Shown here piece after piece: positions 41,032 to 52,840 of a stretch of DNA of 64,000 nt (positions within the stretch are counted from its first letter, which is position 1; each line of letters begins with the position of its first letter). The notes beneath the pieces were generated by a model, which was not told the origin of the DNA, ran no database searches, and saw nothing but the letters and a program-made list of their open reading frames with translations. The position numbers and the translations under genes are program-made. Source of the DNA: an uncultured Clostridia bacterium (lineage in GTDB: Bacteria > Bacillota > Clostridia > TANB77 > CAG-508); contig CAKOWZ010000011.1 in the NCBI GenBank assembly GCA_934129745.1, positions 1,087 to 65,086 on the forward strand, given 5' to 3'.

Positions 41032-41067
41032 TAATTTTGTCATATCATAATTGCAATATGCATATAA

Positions 41068-41388
<321 letters not shown>

Positions 41389-41450
41389 CATAAAAATCGT
41401 AAATTATTTTATAAAAATGTTATGTCAATGAAAAAAATGAAAGGAAGTAA

Positions 41451-43091
<1,641 letters not shown>

Positions 43092-43092
43092 A

Positions 43093-43197
43093 AAAAGAGT
43101 CAATTTTGAAGTGCACCCAGATTAGTATACCATAATAAAAAAGAGTTATGGTATACTTTAATCAGAGGTGTATTTTATTTGACTCTTTTTTTATACT
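43093..43197 (+). terminator. long nested hairpin terminator after groEL
   Basis: Outer stem aaaaagagtcaa / ttgactcttttt and inner stem tagtataccataa / ttatggtatacta, followed by a T-run. Confidence 0.5.
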
Positions 43198-43316
43198 AAT
43201 GTTTTTAAAGTCTAGAATGATAATCAAAACAACATGTTAACCCAACATACCCCATTGACATTTTCAAAAAATATGATAAAATAAACCAAAATACAAAAGA
43301 AAGGATATGATGAAAA

Positions 43317-43847
43317 ATGAACATCTGGCATGATATTAATGAAAACAGAATCAAAAAAGATGATTTTATTGCAATAATCGAAATCCCAAAAAACGGAAGA
43401 AATAAATATGAGCTAGACAAAGAGACAGGAGTACTAAAATTAGATAGAATACTATATACAGCAACACATTACCCAGCAAATTATGGATTTATCCCAAGAA
43501 CATATTCAGAAGACCATGATCCATTAGATGTACTAGTTCTTTGTCAAGAAGAAATAATTCCAATGACATTAGTTGAATGTTATCCAATAGGAATTTTAAA
43601 AATGATTGATAATGATGAAGAAGATGAAAAAATAATCGCAATATGTAAAAATGATCCATATATGAATAGTTACAATGATATAAGTGAATTACCAAAACAA
43701 TATATGGACGAAATTACACACTTCTTTGAAGTATATAAAACTTTAGAAGGAAAACACACAAGTGTTGGAGAAGTGTATGGTAGAGATGTGGCAGAAGATA
43801 TTATTCAAAAATGTATAAAAAAATACGGTGAAAAATTTGGCAAATAA
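43317..43847 (+). CDS. ppa: inorganic pyrophosphatase (family I)
   Basis: DHDPLDVLV and YPANYGFIP motifs. Confidence 0.9.
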   Translation: MNIWHDINENRIKKDDFIAIIEIPKNGRNKYELDKETGVLKLDRILYTATHYPANYGFIPRTYSEDHDPLDVLVLCQEEIIPMTLVECYPIGILKMIDNDEEDEKIIAICKNDPYMNSYNDISELPKQYMDEITHFFEVYKTLEGKHTSVGEVYGRDVAEDIIQKCIKKYGEKFGK

Positions 43848-43910
43848 TTCATTAAAAGTCTAATCATTCAAAACAAGAGAATAACTAAATAGAATTGAAG
43901 AGGTATAAGG

Positions 43911-44948
43911 ATGGTTTTAGCAAGAATAGTAATATTTGTAATAGTAATATTAATTTTACTAGCAATAATGTTTTTTATTTTAAGAAATAATTATATAGAA
44001 GAAAAAATAAAATTATTCAAATTAAAAATGCTAATTATAACTGGAAAAGATGAACAGGCAAGAAAATATGCATTAAAATTCATTGATCAATTTCCAAAAA
44101 ATTTTGAAGCACACAAAATACTTGGAAGTTTGTATGAAAAACAAGGAAATATAAGTGTTGCATTAGATGAATATATAAGAGCAGTTGAGTTAAATGGAAA
44201 TGATTTTGAAATGCATTATAAAGTTGCAGATTTGCTTCAAAAAAATAATAGAAATGAAGATGCAATAATTATGTTACAAGATTTATTAAAATTAAAGCCA
44301 GATTATTTGGAAGCATCAAAACTTTTAGGTAATATTTTATATGATGAAGAAAGATTTAAAGAAGCTGTTTCAGTGTACATGTATGCATTAAGATATAATC
44401 CAGCAGATTATGAATTATATTATAATTTAGGAATGACTTTTACAAGATTAAATGATTTTCAAAGGGCAAAAGAATTTTACAGAAAAGCTGCTAAAATTAA
44501 TACATATTTGTATAATGGACAATATAATTTAGCTTTAATTGAGATGATTCAAGGTGAGCTTGAACAAGCTGAAAAATATCTACAACAAGCTATTAAAGAA
44601 GAAGAATTAGAACCAATGGCATATTTTTATTTAGCACATATTGCTATGAGAAAAAATGAAAAACTTAAAGCTATTGATTATTTAAATTTGGCATTAGAAT
44701 TGGATGAAAAAATAAAAGAAAAAATTGAAAATCAACCAATATTTAAACCAATACAAGATAAAATAAGAATTCCAAGTGAGCCTAATAAAAAAATTAAAAT
44801 TAGATTATCTAAAAAAGAAAGAAAAACCAATGAATATCTTGAAGAAATGTATAGTTTAGTTGATTCTTTAAATGGCGGAAATATATTGAATAATACTAAA
44901 GATAATAAAGAAATTGAAATTCAAATTGAACAAGAAAAAGAAAGATAA
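43911..44948 (+). CDS. TPR-repeat protein with N-terminal TM anchor
   Basis: Repeated 34-residue A/Y/L patterns (ALRYNPADYELYYNLG and others) and an N-terminal hydrophobic helix. Confidence 0.6.
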   Translation: MVLARIVIFVIVILILLAIMFFILRNNYIEEKIKLFKLKMLIITGKDEQARKYALKFIDQFPKNFEAHKILGSLYEKQGNISVALDEYIRAVELNGNDFEMHYKVADLLQKNNRNEDAIIMLQDLLKLKPDYLEASKLLGNILYDEERFKEAVSVYMYALRYNPADYELYYNLGMTFTRLNDFQRAKEFYRKAAKINTYLYNGQYNLALIEMIQGELEQAEKYLQQAIKEEELEPMAYFYLAHIAMRKNEKLKAIDYLNLALELDEKIKEKIENQPIFKPIQDKIRIPSEPNKKIKIRLSKKERKTNEYLEEMYSLVDSLNGGNILNNTKDNKEIEIQIEQEKER

Positions 44949-45081
44949 TATTATTTGAAATAAAGAATATTTGAAAAATTACTTAAATATACTCATAATA
45001 TACAATTTATATTTATTAAAAATCTGATTATTAAAAATTAATTTATCAGAAAAATATTGATATGAAAGGATTTGTGATATT

Positions 45082-45957
45082 ATGAATATTTCTGTAATTG
45101 GTGGAGATTTAAGAATTATTGAATTAGCTAAATTATTTGATAAAAATGGTGATAATGTTTGTTTATTAGGATTTGAAAATTTAGAAGAAAAAATATTGGA
45201 AAATTCTAAAATAACAAAAATTACAACACTTAATAATTCAGTTAAAACAGCTGATTTGGTAATAACATCAATTCCAATATCAAAAGATGGAAAATATATT
45301 AATTCTCCATATTCAAATGAAAAAATTGTTGTAAAAGACTTTTTTGAATTAACAAAAAACAAGAAAATTATTACAGGAAATGTTACTGAAAAAATTCAAG
45401 AATGTATAAATAAAAACAATAATAATGAAATAATAGATATTTTAAAATTAGAAGAATTAGCAATAAAAAATTCAATTCCAACAGCTGAAGGAGCAATACA
45501 AATTGCAATGGAAAAAAGTTTAATAACTATACATAATAGTAATTGCTTAATTTTAGGTTTTGGAAGAATTGGTAAAATATTAGCTAAAATGTTAAAAGGT
45601 ATGGGTGCAAAAGTTTATTGTGAAGCAAGAAAACAGCAAGATTTAGCATGGATTGAAACTTGTGGATATAGCAAAATTGATTTGAAAAATCTGAATAATG
45701 AATTAGAAAAAGTAGAATTTGATTTTATATTTAACACAATTCCATCATTAATTTTAGATGAAAAAAATCTAAAATTTATTAATAAACAATGTATCATAAT
45801 TGATTTAGCATCAAAACCAGGTGGGGTTGATTTTGAAGAAGCAAATAGATTAGGATTAGTTACAAATTGGGCATTAGCATTACCTGGAAAAGTTGCACCT
45901 AAAACAGCAGCAAAATATATTTTTGAAACAATTAAAAATAATTTTGATTTATTATAA
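45082..45957 (+). CDS. dpaA: dipicolinate synthase subunit A
   Basis: ISVIGGDLR N-terminus, KNSIPTAEGAIQIAM, a Rossmann segment LILGFGRIGKILAKMLKGMGAKV, then NTIPS, DLASKPGGVDF and LPGKVAPKTAAKYI. This matches the SpoVFA motif order as recalled from memory. Confidence 0.7.
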   Translation: MNISVIGGDLRIIELAKLFDKNGDNVCLLGFENLEEKILENSKITKITTLNNSVKTADLVITSIPISKDGKYINSPYSNEKIVVKDFFELTKNKKIITGNVTEKIQECINKNNNNEIIDILKLEELAIKNSIPTAEGAIQIAMEKSLITIHNSNCLILGFGRIGKILAKMLKGMGAKVYCEARKQQDLAWIETCGYSKIDLKNLNNELEKVEFDFIFNTIPSLILDEKNLKFINKQCIIIDLASKPGGVDFEEANRLGLVTNWALALPGKVAPKTAAKYIFETIKNNFDLL

Positions 45958-45992
45958 TTTATGTAGTAAAAAAAGAAAGGAAATATAAAATT

Positions 45993-46784
45993 ATGTTAAA
46001 TATATATATGCAATCATTAATATTAGGAATAGTGCAAGGACTAACAGAACTTTTACCAATATCTAGTTCAGCACATTTAAATTTAATACCATGGATGTTT
46101 AATTGGGGAGAAATACCAGACTCATTTGATGTAGCACTTCATTTTGGTACATTACTTGCAATTGGTATATTCTTTTTCAAAGATTGGTTAGATTTAATAA
46201 CAAATGGATATAATTATGTTGTAAAAAAGAAAAAAACACCAACAGGTAGAATGTTTTGGTATTTAGTTTTAGCAACAATTCCTGGTGGAATAATTGGATT
46301 TTTATTAGATCATTTTTTAGAAGATACATTAAAAAAGCCAGTTATAATCGCAATTGCATTGATTGTTATGGGTATAATTTTATATTTTGTTGATAAAAAA
46401 TGTAAATCAGAAATTGATTATGAACATATGGGATTAAAAGAAACTTTTTTAATTGGATTATCACAATCATTAGCTTTTATACCAGGTGTTTCAAGATCAG
46501 GAATAACAATGACTACAGCTAGATTATTAAAAGTTGATAGAGAATCAGCAGCAAAATATTCATTTTTGTTATCAGCACCAATAGTATTAGCAGCAACTAT
46601 TTTTAAATTTAGTAGTTTTACTTTAAATCTACAATTTTTTATAGGAGTGATTTCAAGCTTTTTAGTTGGAATTGCAGTTATAAAATTTTTGATGCAATAT
46701 TTGAAAAAAGGTAGTTTCAAAATGTTTGCAATATATAGAGTTATAGCAGGGTTGATAGTTTTATTAGTGTATGCTTTAAAGTAA
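45993..46784 (+). CDS. uppP: undecaprenyl-diphosphatase
   Basis: LGIVQGLTELLPISSSAHL and GVSRSGITMT motifs. Confidence 0.9.
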   Translation: MLNIYMQSLILGIVQGLTELLPISSSAHLNLIPWMFNWGEIPDSFDVALHFGTLLAIGIFFFKDWLDLITNGYNYVVKKKKTPTGRMFWYLVLATIPGGIIGFLLDHFLEDTLKKPVIIAIALIVMGIILYFVDKKCKSEIDYEHMGLKETFLIGLSQSLAFIPGVSRSGITMTTARLLKVDRESAAKYSFLLSAPIVLAATIFKFSSFTLNLQFFIGVISSFLVGIAVIKFLMQYLKKGSFKMFAIYRVIAGLIVLLVYALK

Positions 46785-46829
46785 GATTTTAAGATATATT
46801 AAGTAAAAATATAATAGAGTTAAAATAAA

Positions 46830-47042
46830 ATGAAAGGACATGGTAAAAATATGAAAAATGATTCATTAATTAAATGGACAATAATTGGATTAATTGTTTT
46901 AACATTTGTTGTTGTTATTGCTCTTGTTCTTGTTGGAGATAATGGGTTAATTAAACAAGAAGTAAAAAAATATAATGATACACATACAGAAGAAATTGTT
47001 GATAAAGATAATAAAAAAGTTGTTGTTTATGAGAATAACTAG
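46830..47042 (+). CDS. small single-TM protein
   Basis: 70 aa with one hydrophobic helix, and a terminator directly after. Confidence 0.4.
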   Translation: MKGHGKNMKNDSLIKWTIIGLIVLTFVVVIALVLVGDNGLIKQEVKKYNDTHTEEIVDKDNKKVVVYENN

Positions 47043-47048
47043 AATTTG

Positions 47049-47087
47049 GCTGTTTTAAGAATTTAAATCTTAAAACAGCTTTTTTTA
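47049..47087 (+). terminator. rho-independent terminator
   Basis: Hairpin gctgttttaaga / tcttaaaacagc followed by TTTTTTT. Confidence 0.75.
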
Positions 47088-47188
47088 TACAAATCAAAAA
47101 GAAATAAAGTTACCAAAAAACTGATATTTGTAGTGATTTTTTAAAATTATTTTTATGGATTTTTTTGAACAAAAACATTGGAAAGTTC

Positions 47189-47217
47189 TTGACATAATAC
47201 CAGAAATAGAGTATAAT
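47189..47217 (+). promoter_or_regulatory. consensus sigma-A promoter (TTGACA-N17-TATAAT) about 240 nt upstream of rnj
   Basis: Read directly from the sequence. It implies a long 5' leader. Confidence 0.55.
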
Positions 47218-47456
47218 TAAACACAGTTAGTACCAGAGATTGGGAAAATGAGATTAAATTTGTATATAATATTTATTTAATGGTGTGGATAAATATTGAT
47301 AAAAAAGATTGTAGAATGAGTTCGGGAAAATAAAATTAAAATTATGTGGTTTATAATATTTAATTAATAAACTATTTTTTTGCTATGACAATTTTTCTTA
47401 TTTACAATATGCAAATTTAAACGAAAATTAAATAAGAAAAGGAGAAATGTAAATTT

Positions 47457-49508
47457 ATGACAAATGAAATTAAAGGAAAAGAAAAAACAGAAAGAAAAAC
47501 AAAGGAAAAATTTGGATATGAAAAAAACTTTAGAAATGAAGACAAAATGACAAAAAAGAGAGCACAAAATGAATTAAGAGAGACAAGAAAACCAAGAAGA
47601 AAATTAGTAAATGAGAATATAGAAAATAATGAATTAGAAAATATGAGTGTTTCAAGTGTTCAAAAAGAAAGAGAAATATTGAAAAAAGAAAATAAAAAAA
47701 CAAATACAAAATCAAATACAAGATTAAATACAAAATCTATGAACAACAATTCAAGAGATGTAAAAGAAAGCAAACAATCAAGAAAAACAAGAACAACAAA
47801 AACACAAAGAACATCAATAATACCAAGTTTGGACATGAATTTTGAGTTTAAAAAACCAAATTTAAAAATTATCCCATTAGGTGGATTAGATGAAATCGGA
47901 AAAAATATAACAGTTTTTGAATATGATGATGAAATTATTTTAGTAGATTGTGGACTAGAATTTCCTGAAGATAATATGTTAGGTGTAGATTTAGTTATAC
48001 CTGATGTAACATATTTGGTAAAAAATCAAGAGAAAATTAAAGGATTAGTAATAACACATGGTCATGAAGATCATATTGGGTCAATTCCATATGTATTAAA
48101 ACAAGTTGATATGCCAATATATGCAACAAGATTAACTGTAGGATTAATACAAAATAAATTAGAAGAACACAAATTATTACGTAAAACAAGATTACACACA
48201 GTTGAACAAGGACAAACAATAAATTTTGGAAAAATGCAAGTTGAATTTATTAGAAGTTCACATAGTATTCCAGATTCAGTAATGCTTGCAATTCATACAC
48301 CTGTTGGAACAGTAATGCACACAGGAGATTTCAAAATTGATTTTACACCAATAGATGATCAATTAATGGATTTTGGAAGAATTGCAGAAATAGGAAATCA
48401 AGGTGTTTTAGCTTTATTATCAGATAGTACAAACTCTGAAAGAAAAGGATATACAATGTCTGAAAGCTCTGTAGGAGAAGTATTTGATAGATTATTTATG
48501 AATTGTACAAAAAGAATTGTAGTTGCAACATTTGCATCAAATGTACACAGAGTTCAACAAATTTGTAATTCAGCTGTAAAATATAAAAGAAAAATTGCAG
48601 TATGTGGAAGAAGTATGATAAATATGATTGAAGTTGCAAGAAACTTAGGATATATCCAAGTTCCAGACAATACTTTCATAGATATAGATATGATTAAAAA
48701 TTATACAGATGACCAATTAACAATTTTGACAACAGGAAGCCAAGGTGAAGCAATGTCAGCACTTACAAGAATGGCATCTGGAGAACATAAAAAAGTTGTT
48801 ATTACACCAAATGATTTAATAATAATCTCAGCTACAGCAATTCCAGGAAATGAAAAATTAGTTTCTAAAGTAATAGATGATTTAATGCAAATTGGTGCAG
48901 AAGTTGTATATAGTGCATTAGAATCAGTTCACGTTTCTGGACATGCTTGTCAAGAAGAACAAAAATTAATAATGTCATTAGTTCGTCCAAAATATTTTTT
49001 ACCAGTTCATGGAGAATTTAGACAATTAAAAGCACATGCTGAAACAGCTAAAAAAATGGGAATACCTGCAGAAAACATATTTATGCTTGAAAATGGTAGA
49101 GTACTTGAATTAAATGAAAATGAAGCAAAAATAACAACTGCAGTTCCATCAGGAAAAATTTTAGTAGATGGATTAGGTGTTGGAGATGTAGGAAATATAG
49201 TTTTAAGGGACAGACAACATTTATCACAAGATGGATTAATTATTATAGTAATGACAATGGATTCAGGTTCTGGAGAAATAGTTTCAGGTCCAGATGTAAT
49301 TTCAAGAGGTTTCGTATATGTTCGTGAATCTGAGAATTTGATGGATGATGTTAAAAAACAAATTAGATTAGAAGTTCAAAGATTTGAGGAAAATGGTGTT
49401 ACAGATTGGGCTACAATTAAATCAACTTTAAAAGATAATTTAAGAGAATATATTTTCCAAAAAACTAAGAGAAATCCTATGATTTTACCTATTATTATGG
49501 AAGTATAA
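47457..49508 (+). CDS. rnj: ribonuclease J (metallo-β-lactamase/β-CASP) with a roughly 125-aa Lys/Arg-rich N-terminal extension
   Basis: KIIPLGGLDEIGKNITVFE, VITHGHEDHIG, and β-CASP plus C-terminal domain. The extension is MTNEIKGKEKTERKTKEK... with an AAGGAG RBS at the 47457 start. The internal Met at 47835 has no RBS. Confidence 0.85.
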   Translation: MTNEIKGKEKTERKTKEKFGYEKNFRNEDKMTKKRAQNELRETRKPRRKLVNENIENNELENMSVSSVQKEREILKKENKKTNTKSNTRLNTKSMNNNSRDVKESKQSRKTRTTKTQRTSIIPSLDMNFEFKKPNLKIIPLGGLDEIGKNITVFEYDDEIILVDCGLEFPEDNMLGVDLVIPDVTYLVKNQEKIKGLVITHGHEDHIGSIPYVLKQVDMPIYATRLTVGLIQNKLEEHKLLRKTRLHTVEQGQTINFGKMQVEFIRSSHSIPDSVMLAIHTPVGTVMHTGDFKIDFTPIDDQLMDFGRIAEIGNQGVLALLSDSTNSERKGYTMSESSVGEVFDRLFMNCTKRIVVATFASNVHRVQQICNSAVKYKRKIAVCGRSMINMIEVARNLGYIQVPDNTFIDIDMIKNYTDDQLTILTTGSQGEAMSALTRMASGEHKKVVITPNDLIIISATAIPGNEKLVSKVIDDLMQIGAEVVYSALESVHVSGHACQEEQKLIMSLVRPKYFLPVHGEFRQLKAHAETAKKMGIPAENIFMLENGRVLELNENEAKITTAVPSGKILVDGLGVGDVGNIVLRDRQHLSQDGLIIIVMTMDSGSGEIVSGPDVISRGFVYVRESENLMDDVKKQIRLEVQRFEENGVTDWATIKSTLKDNLREYIFQKTKRNPMILPIIMEV

Positions 49509-49578
49509 TGAAATAAAACAAATATAATCATGATAAAATGTATTGAATTAAAATGAAAAACAGGAAGGATAGATAAAA

Positions 49579-51216
49579 ATGGATTATAAAGATTTAGCAA
49601 ATTTAATATTTCCAGATGCAAAGGATATTTCATATTATGAGGAAAAATATCCTAGAAGAAATTTACCAGAAGGAGCAATGGTTGTAAGAGTTGCACCAAG
49701 TCCAACTGGAAATGTGCATATTGGTACTATAGATCAAGCAATGTTAAATAAAAAATTAGCAAAACAAACAGGTGGAATTTTTTATGTAAGAATAGAAGAC
49801 ACAGACCAAAAAAGAGAAGTAAAAGATGGAATTACACAAATAATTGAATCATTAAAAAAATTTGATTTAGAGCCTGATGAAGGAATGATAAATGAACAAG
49901 AGTCTAAAGGAGAATATGGACCATATAGACAATCATTAAGAAAAGATATATATGAAGCATATGCAAAATATATGTTAGAACAAGGAAAAGCATATCCAAG
50001 TTTTGAAACTCAAGAACAATTAAATGAAATGAGAGAAAAACAAGAAGCAGCTAAAGTTAGAACAGGATATTATGGAGTATGGGCAACTTCAAGAAATTAC
50101 ACAGTTGAAGAAGCAACTGAAAAAATTAAAGCTGGTGTTCCATATATTATAAGATTTAGATCTCCAGGTAGAGAAGATAGAAAAATCAAACATAAAGATG
50201 TTATAAAAGGTAATGTTGAATTCCCTGAAAATGATCAAGATATTGTAATAATTAAAGCAGATGGATTACCAACATATCATTTTGCACATGCAGTTGATGA
50301 CCATTTAATGGGAACAACACATGTTTTAAGAGGTGATGAATGGTTATCATCAGTTCCACTTCATTTACAATTATTTCATGAATTAGGGTTTAAACCACCT
50401 AAATATGCACATACACCAACACTTTTGAAAAATGATAATGGTGGAAAACGTAAAATAAGTAAAAGAAAAGATCCAGAGGCAGCAGCATCATATTATGAAC
50501 AAGCAGGAATTCCAAGTTCTGCAGTAAAAGAATATTTATTAAATATAGCAAACTCAACATTTGAAAATTGGAGAAAAGCAAATCCAGATAAATCAATTGA
50601 TGAATTTGATTTCCAATTAAATAAAATGAGTGTAAGTGGAGCTTTGTTTGATATGGTAAAATTATTAGATGTATCAAAAAATGTGATTTCAAAATATTCA
50701 GCACAAAGAGTATATGATGAAACAATTACATGGGCTAAAAATTTTGATACAGAATTAGCTGAAATGCTTTCAAAAGATACAGAATATTCATTAAAAGTAT
50801 TAGGAATAGAAAGAGGAAATACAAAACCAAGAAAAGATATAGCAAAATGGTCAGATGTAAAAGAAAACATATCATATATGTTTAATGAAAAATTTGATAA
50901 AAATGCTGATTTTGAATATGGTAAAATTTCTGATAAATCTGAAATCGAAAAAATTACAAAATTATATATAGAAAAATATTTTGATATAAATGATGATAAA
51001 CAAACATGGTTTAATAAAATGAAAGATTTAGCTGAAGAAGTTGGATATGCAAGAGAAGTTAAAATGTTTAAAACAGAACCAGAAAAATGGCCAGGACATG
51101 TAGGTGATATAAGTACTGTAATACGTGTTTCTTTAACTGGAAGACAAAATACACCTGATTTATATGAGATTATGCAAGTTCTTGGAAAAGAAACAATTAT
51201 TGATAGATTAAGCTAA
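49579..51216 (+). CDS. gltX: glutamate--tRNA ligase family (class I Glu/Gln-tRNA synthetase)
   Basis: VAPSPTGNVHIG (HIGH), RIEDTDQKRE and KISKRK (KMSKS). Confidence 0.7.
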   Translation: MDYKDLANLIFPDAKDISYYEEKYPRRNLPEGAMVVRVAPSPTGNVHIGTIDQAMLNKKLAKQTGGIFYVRIEDTDQKREVKDGITQIIESLKKFDLEPDEGMINEQESKGEYGPYRQSLRKDIYEAYAKYMLEQGKAYPSFETQEQLNEMREKQEAAKVRTGYYGVWATSRNYTVEEATEKIKAGVPYIIRFRSPGREDRKIKHKDVIKGNVEFPENDQDIVIIKADGLPTYHFAHAVDDHLMGTTHVLRGDEWLSSVPLHLQLFHELGFKPPKYAHTPTLLKNDNGGKRKISKRKDPEAAASYYEQAGIPSSAVKEYLLNIANSTFENWRKANPDKSIDEFDFQLNKMSVSGALFDMVKLLDVSKNVISKYSAQRVYDETITWAKNFDTELAEMLSKDTEYSLKVLGIERGNTKPRKDIAKWSDVKENISYMFNEKFDKNADFEYGKISDKSEIEKITKLYIEKYFDINDDKQTWFNKMKDLAEEVGYAREVKMFKTEPEKWPGHVGDISTVIRVSLTGRQNTPDLYEIMQVLGKETIIDRLS

Positions 51217-51272
51217 AACCTGAATTTTAAATGTTTTTCATCCAAAATTTAAAAGAAAGAGATGTGATTCAT

Positions 51273-51461
51273 ATGGAATATAATATAGGAGATATAGTAA
51301 GAACAAAAAAACAACATCCATGTGGGAGCAAATTATGGGAGATAACAAGAATAGGTGTTGATTTTAAACTTAAATGCCAAGGTTGTGGTCATGTAATTAT
51401 GGTTGAAAGACAAAAAGCAGTGAAAATGATTACAAAAATTGAAAAGGCTGGAGCTAAATAA
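51273..51461 (+). CDS. small DUF951-like protein with C-x2-C...C-x2-C
   Basis: MEYNIGDIVRTKKQHPCGS...CQGCGH, about 62 aa. Confidence 0.45.
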   Translation: MEYNIGDIVRTKKQHPCGSKLWEITRIGVDFKLKCQGCGHVIMVERQKAVKMITKIEKAGAK

Positions 51462-51506
51462 GCTCCAGCCAGGAATTTGCTAAATTCGCTAGATTATTTT
51501 CATACA

Positions 51507-51752
51507 TTATTCTGTATGACGTCTGCCACCATATCTTCTCAGTTTAGCCTCTATATCCAGCATAAATACAAGAGATTTATTGGATGGCACAAAAAGGGTT
51601 CTTTCTGTAGCATAGGCTTTTACACCAGAGATTGAGTTGAAAAACTCATCATTGATTGCTTTTTCGGCAGCCTTGAGAGACTCAGGACTCTCGAAACAGT
51701 AGGGGGTATAAGAGATCTTGCGGGTGTTTGACTGTGTTGTTGTGATATTCAT
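51507..51752 (-). CDS. hypothetical protein in a visibly GC-richer islet
   Basis: A GGAGGT RBS lies before MNITTTQSNTRK. Base composition is clearly G+C richer than the flanks. No family was recognised. Confidence 0.45.
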   Translation of the reverse strand: MNITTTQSNTRKISYTPYCFESPESLKAAEKAINDEFFNSISGVKAYATERTLFVPSNKSLVFMLDIEAKLRRYGGRRHTE

Positions 51753-51999
51753 GGAAAATACCTCCAATAAATAATATAAATTTATCATCTCTTGAGATGA
51801 TATGTAACTAATAATAGCATATAAAATATAAAAAGGTCAATAAAATTCGACAAAATGTTAAAAAAAATTTCGACAAAACGTTAAAAATATTTAAATAATG
51901 TTTACTAGTTAGTATTAATAATAAATAATATTTAATATTTAATCAAAATAGAATTAAATCATAATAATAATTTAAAATTAAATTAATTCATTGTAAGAA

Positions 52000-52362
52000 C
52001 TATTTGATTTCAGGGTTAAATAATTCTTCAAATTCGTTCCAATTAATAAGTTTAATATTTGAACAATCATAAGAAAAATTATTAACAATATTTTTTGTAT
52101 TGTCATTAGAATTTAAATCCAAAACAATAATATTTTCAACAATATCATCATTACCATATAATAATCTGAAATTTAAAGAACGTAAAAATCCTTCGATTTT
52201 ATCTTCTTGATTTTTTACTGCAACAATAACATTTATACCTTCTGTTTTAATTTTGTTACAAGTATGTATATAAATAATATTTTTGATTATTTCAACAAGA
52301 CCATAAAGTGCTAAAACCCAGAAGATACAATTAATTAGAAAGCTCAACATTAAGTAAATCAC
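52000..52362 (-). CDS. hypothetical N-terminally anchored membrane protein
   Basis: ORF with an N-terminal hydrophobic helix. No motif was recognised. Confidence 0.4.
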   Translation of the reverse strand: MIYLMLSFLINCIFWVLALYGLVEIIKNIIYIHTCNKIKTEGINVIVAVKNQEDKIEGFLRSLNFRLLYGNDDIVENIIVLDLNSNDNTKNIVNNFSYDCSNIKLINWNEFEELFNPEIK

Positions 52363-52429
52363 CTCTCTGCTGTATAATATGCCTAAAATGGCAGTGATGT
52401 TAATAATAAAAAAATATAAAAATAAAAAA

Positions 52430-52454
52430 GACCTGAAAAATTATCAGGTCAAAA
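52430..52454 (-). terminator. terminator hairpin for the minus-strand gene at 52477-52692
   Basis: Stem gacctga / tcaggtc followed by a T-run on the minus strand. Confidence 0.55.
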
Positions 52455-52476
52455 CAAATAATAAAATTAAATTAAA

Positions 52477-52692
52477 TTATTTGAAAGGTGCATCTTCTAC
52501 GAGTTTACCGCCAGCAGAAGTGATAAAAGCTATTATCTTAGAATCAAAGATAATAGAATTACGAGCTTCTACAACAAGAGTAAGTGTATCTGGTAATGCC
52601 AGAACAGATACATCAGGGTGTAATTTGCTCATATTAGTACTAGCAGTTGTAAGGGAGTCAATGTTTGAAAATGTAAAATGATAAGTGTCCAT
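52477..52692 (-). CDS. small 71-aa hypothetical protein
   Basis: A strong AAGGAGG RBS lies 7 nt upstream of the ATG on the minus strand, with a terminator after the stop. The overlapping plus-strand ORF 52379-52681 lacks both. Confidence 0.5.
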   Translation of the reverse strand: MDTYHFTFSNIDSLTTASTNMSKLHPDVSVLALPDTLTLVVEARNSIIFDSKIIAFITSAGGKLVEDAPFK

Positions 52693-52840
52693 AAAAGTGC
52701 CTCCTTAATGAAATTATTTACATATACTTAATTTACCATAATTTGAAGCAAAATGCAAGACATAATTCTAGACTTTTTAAATCTTATATGATAAACTGAA
52801 ACCATGAAAATAAATATAAAGGAGTAAAGGTGACTAAGAA

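Noticed and set aside
52379-52681. Plus-strand 100-aa ORF
   Set aside because: It overlaps the minus-strand ORF 52477-52692 almost entirely. That minus-strand ORF has a strong RBS and a terminator, whereas this one has no RBS and a low-complexity product.
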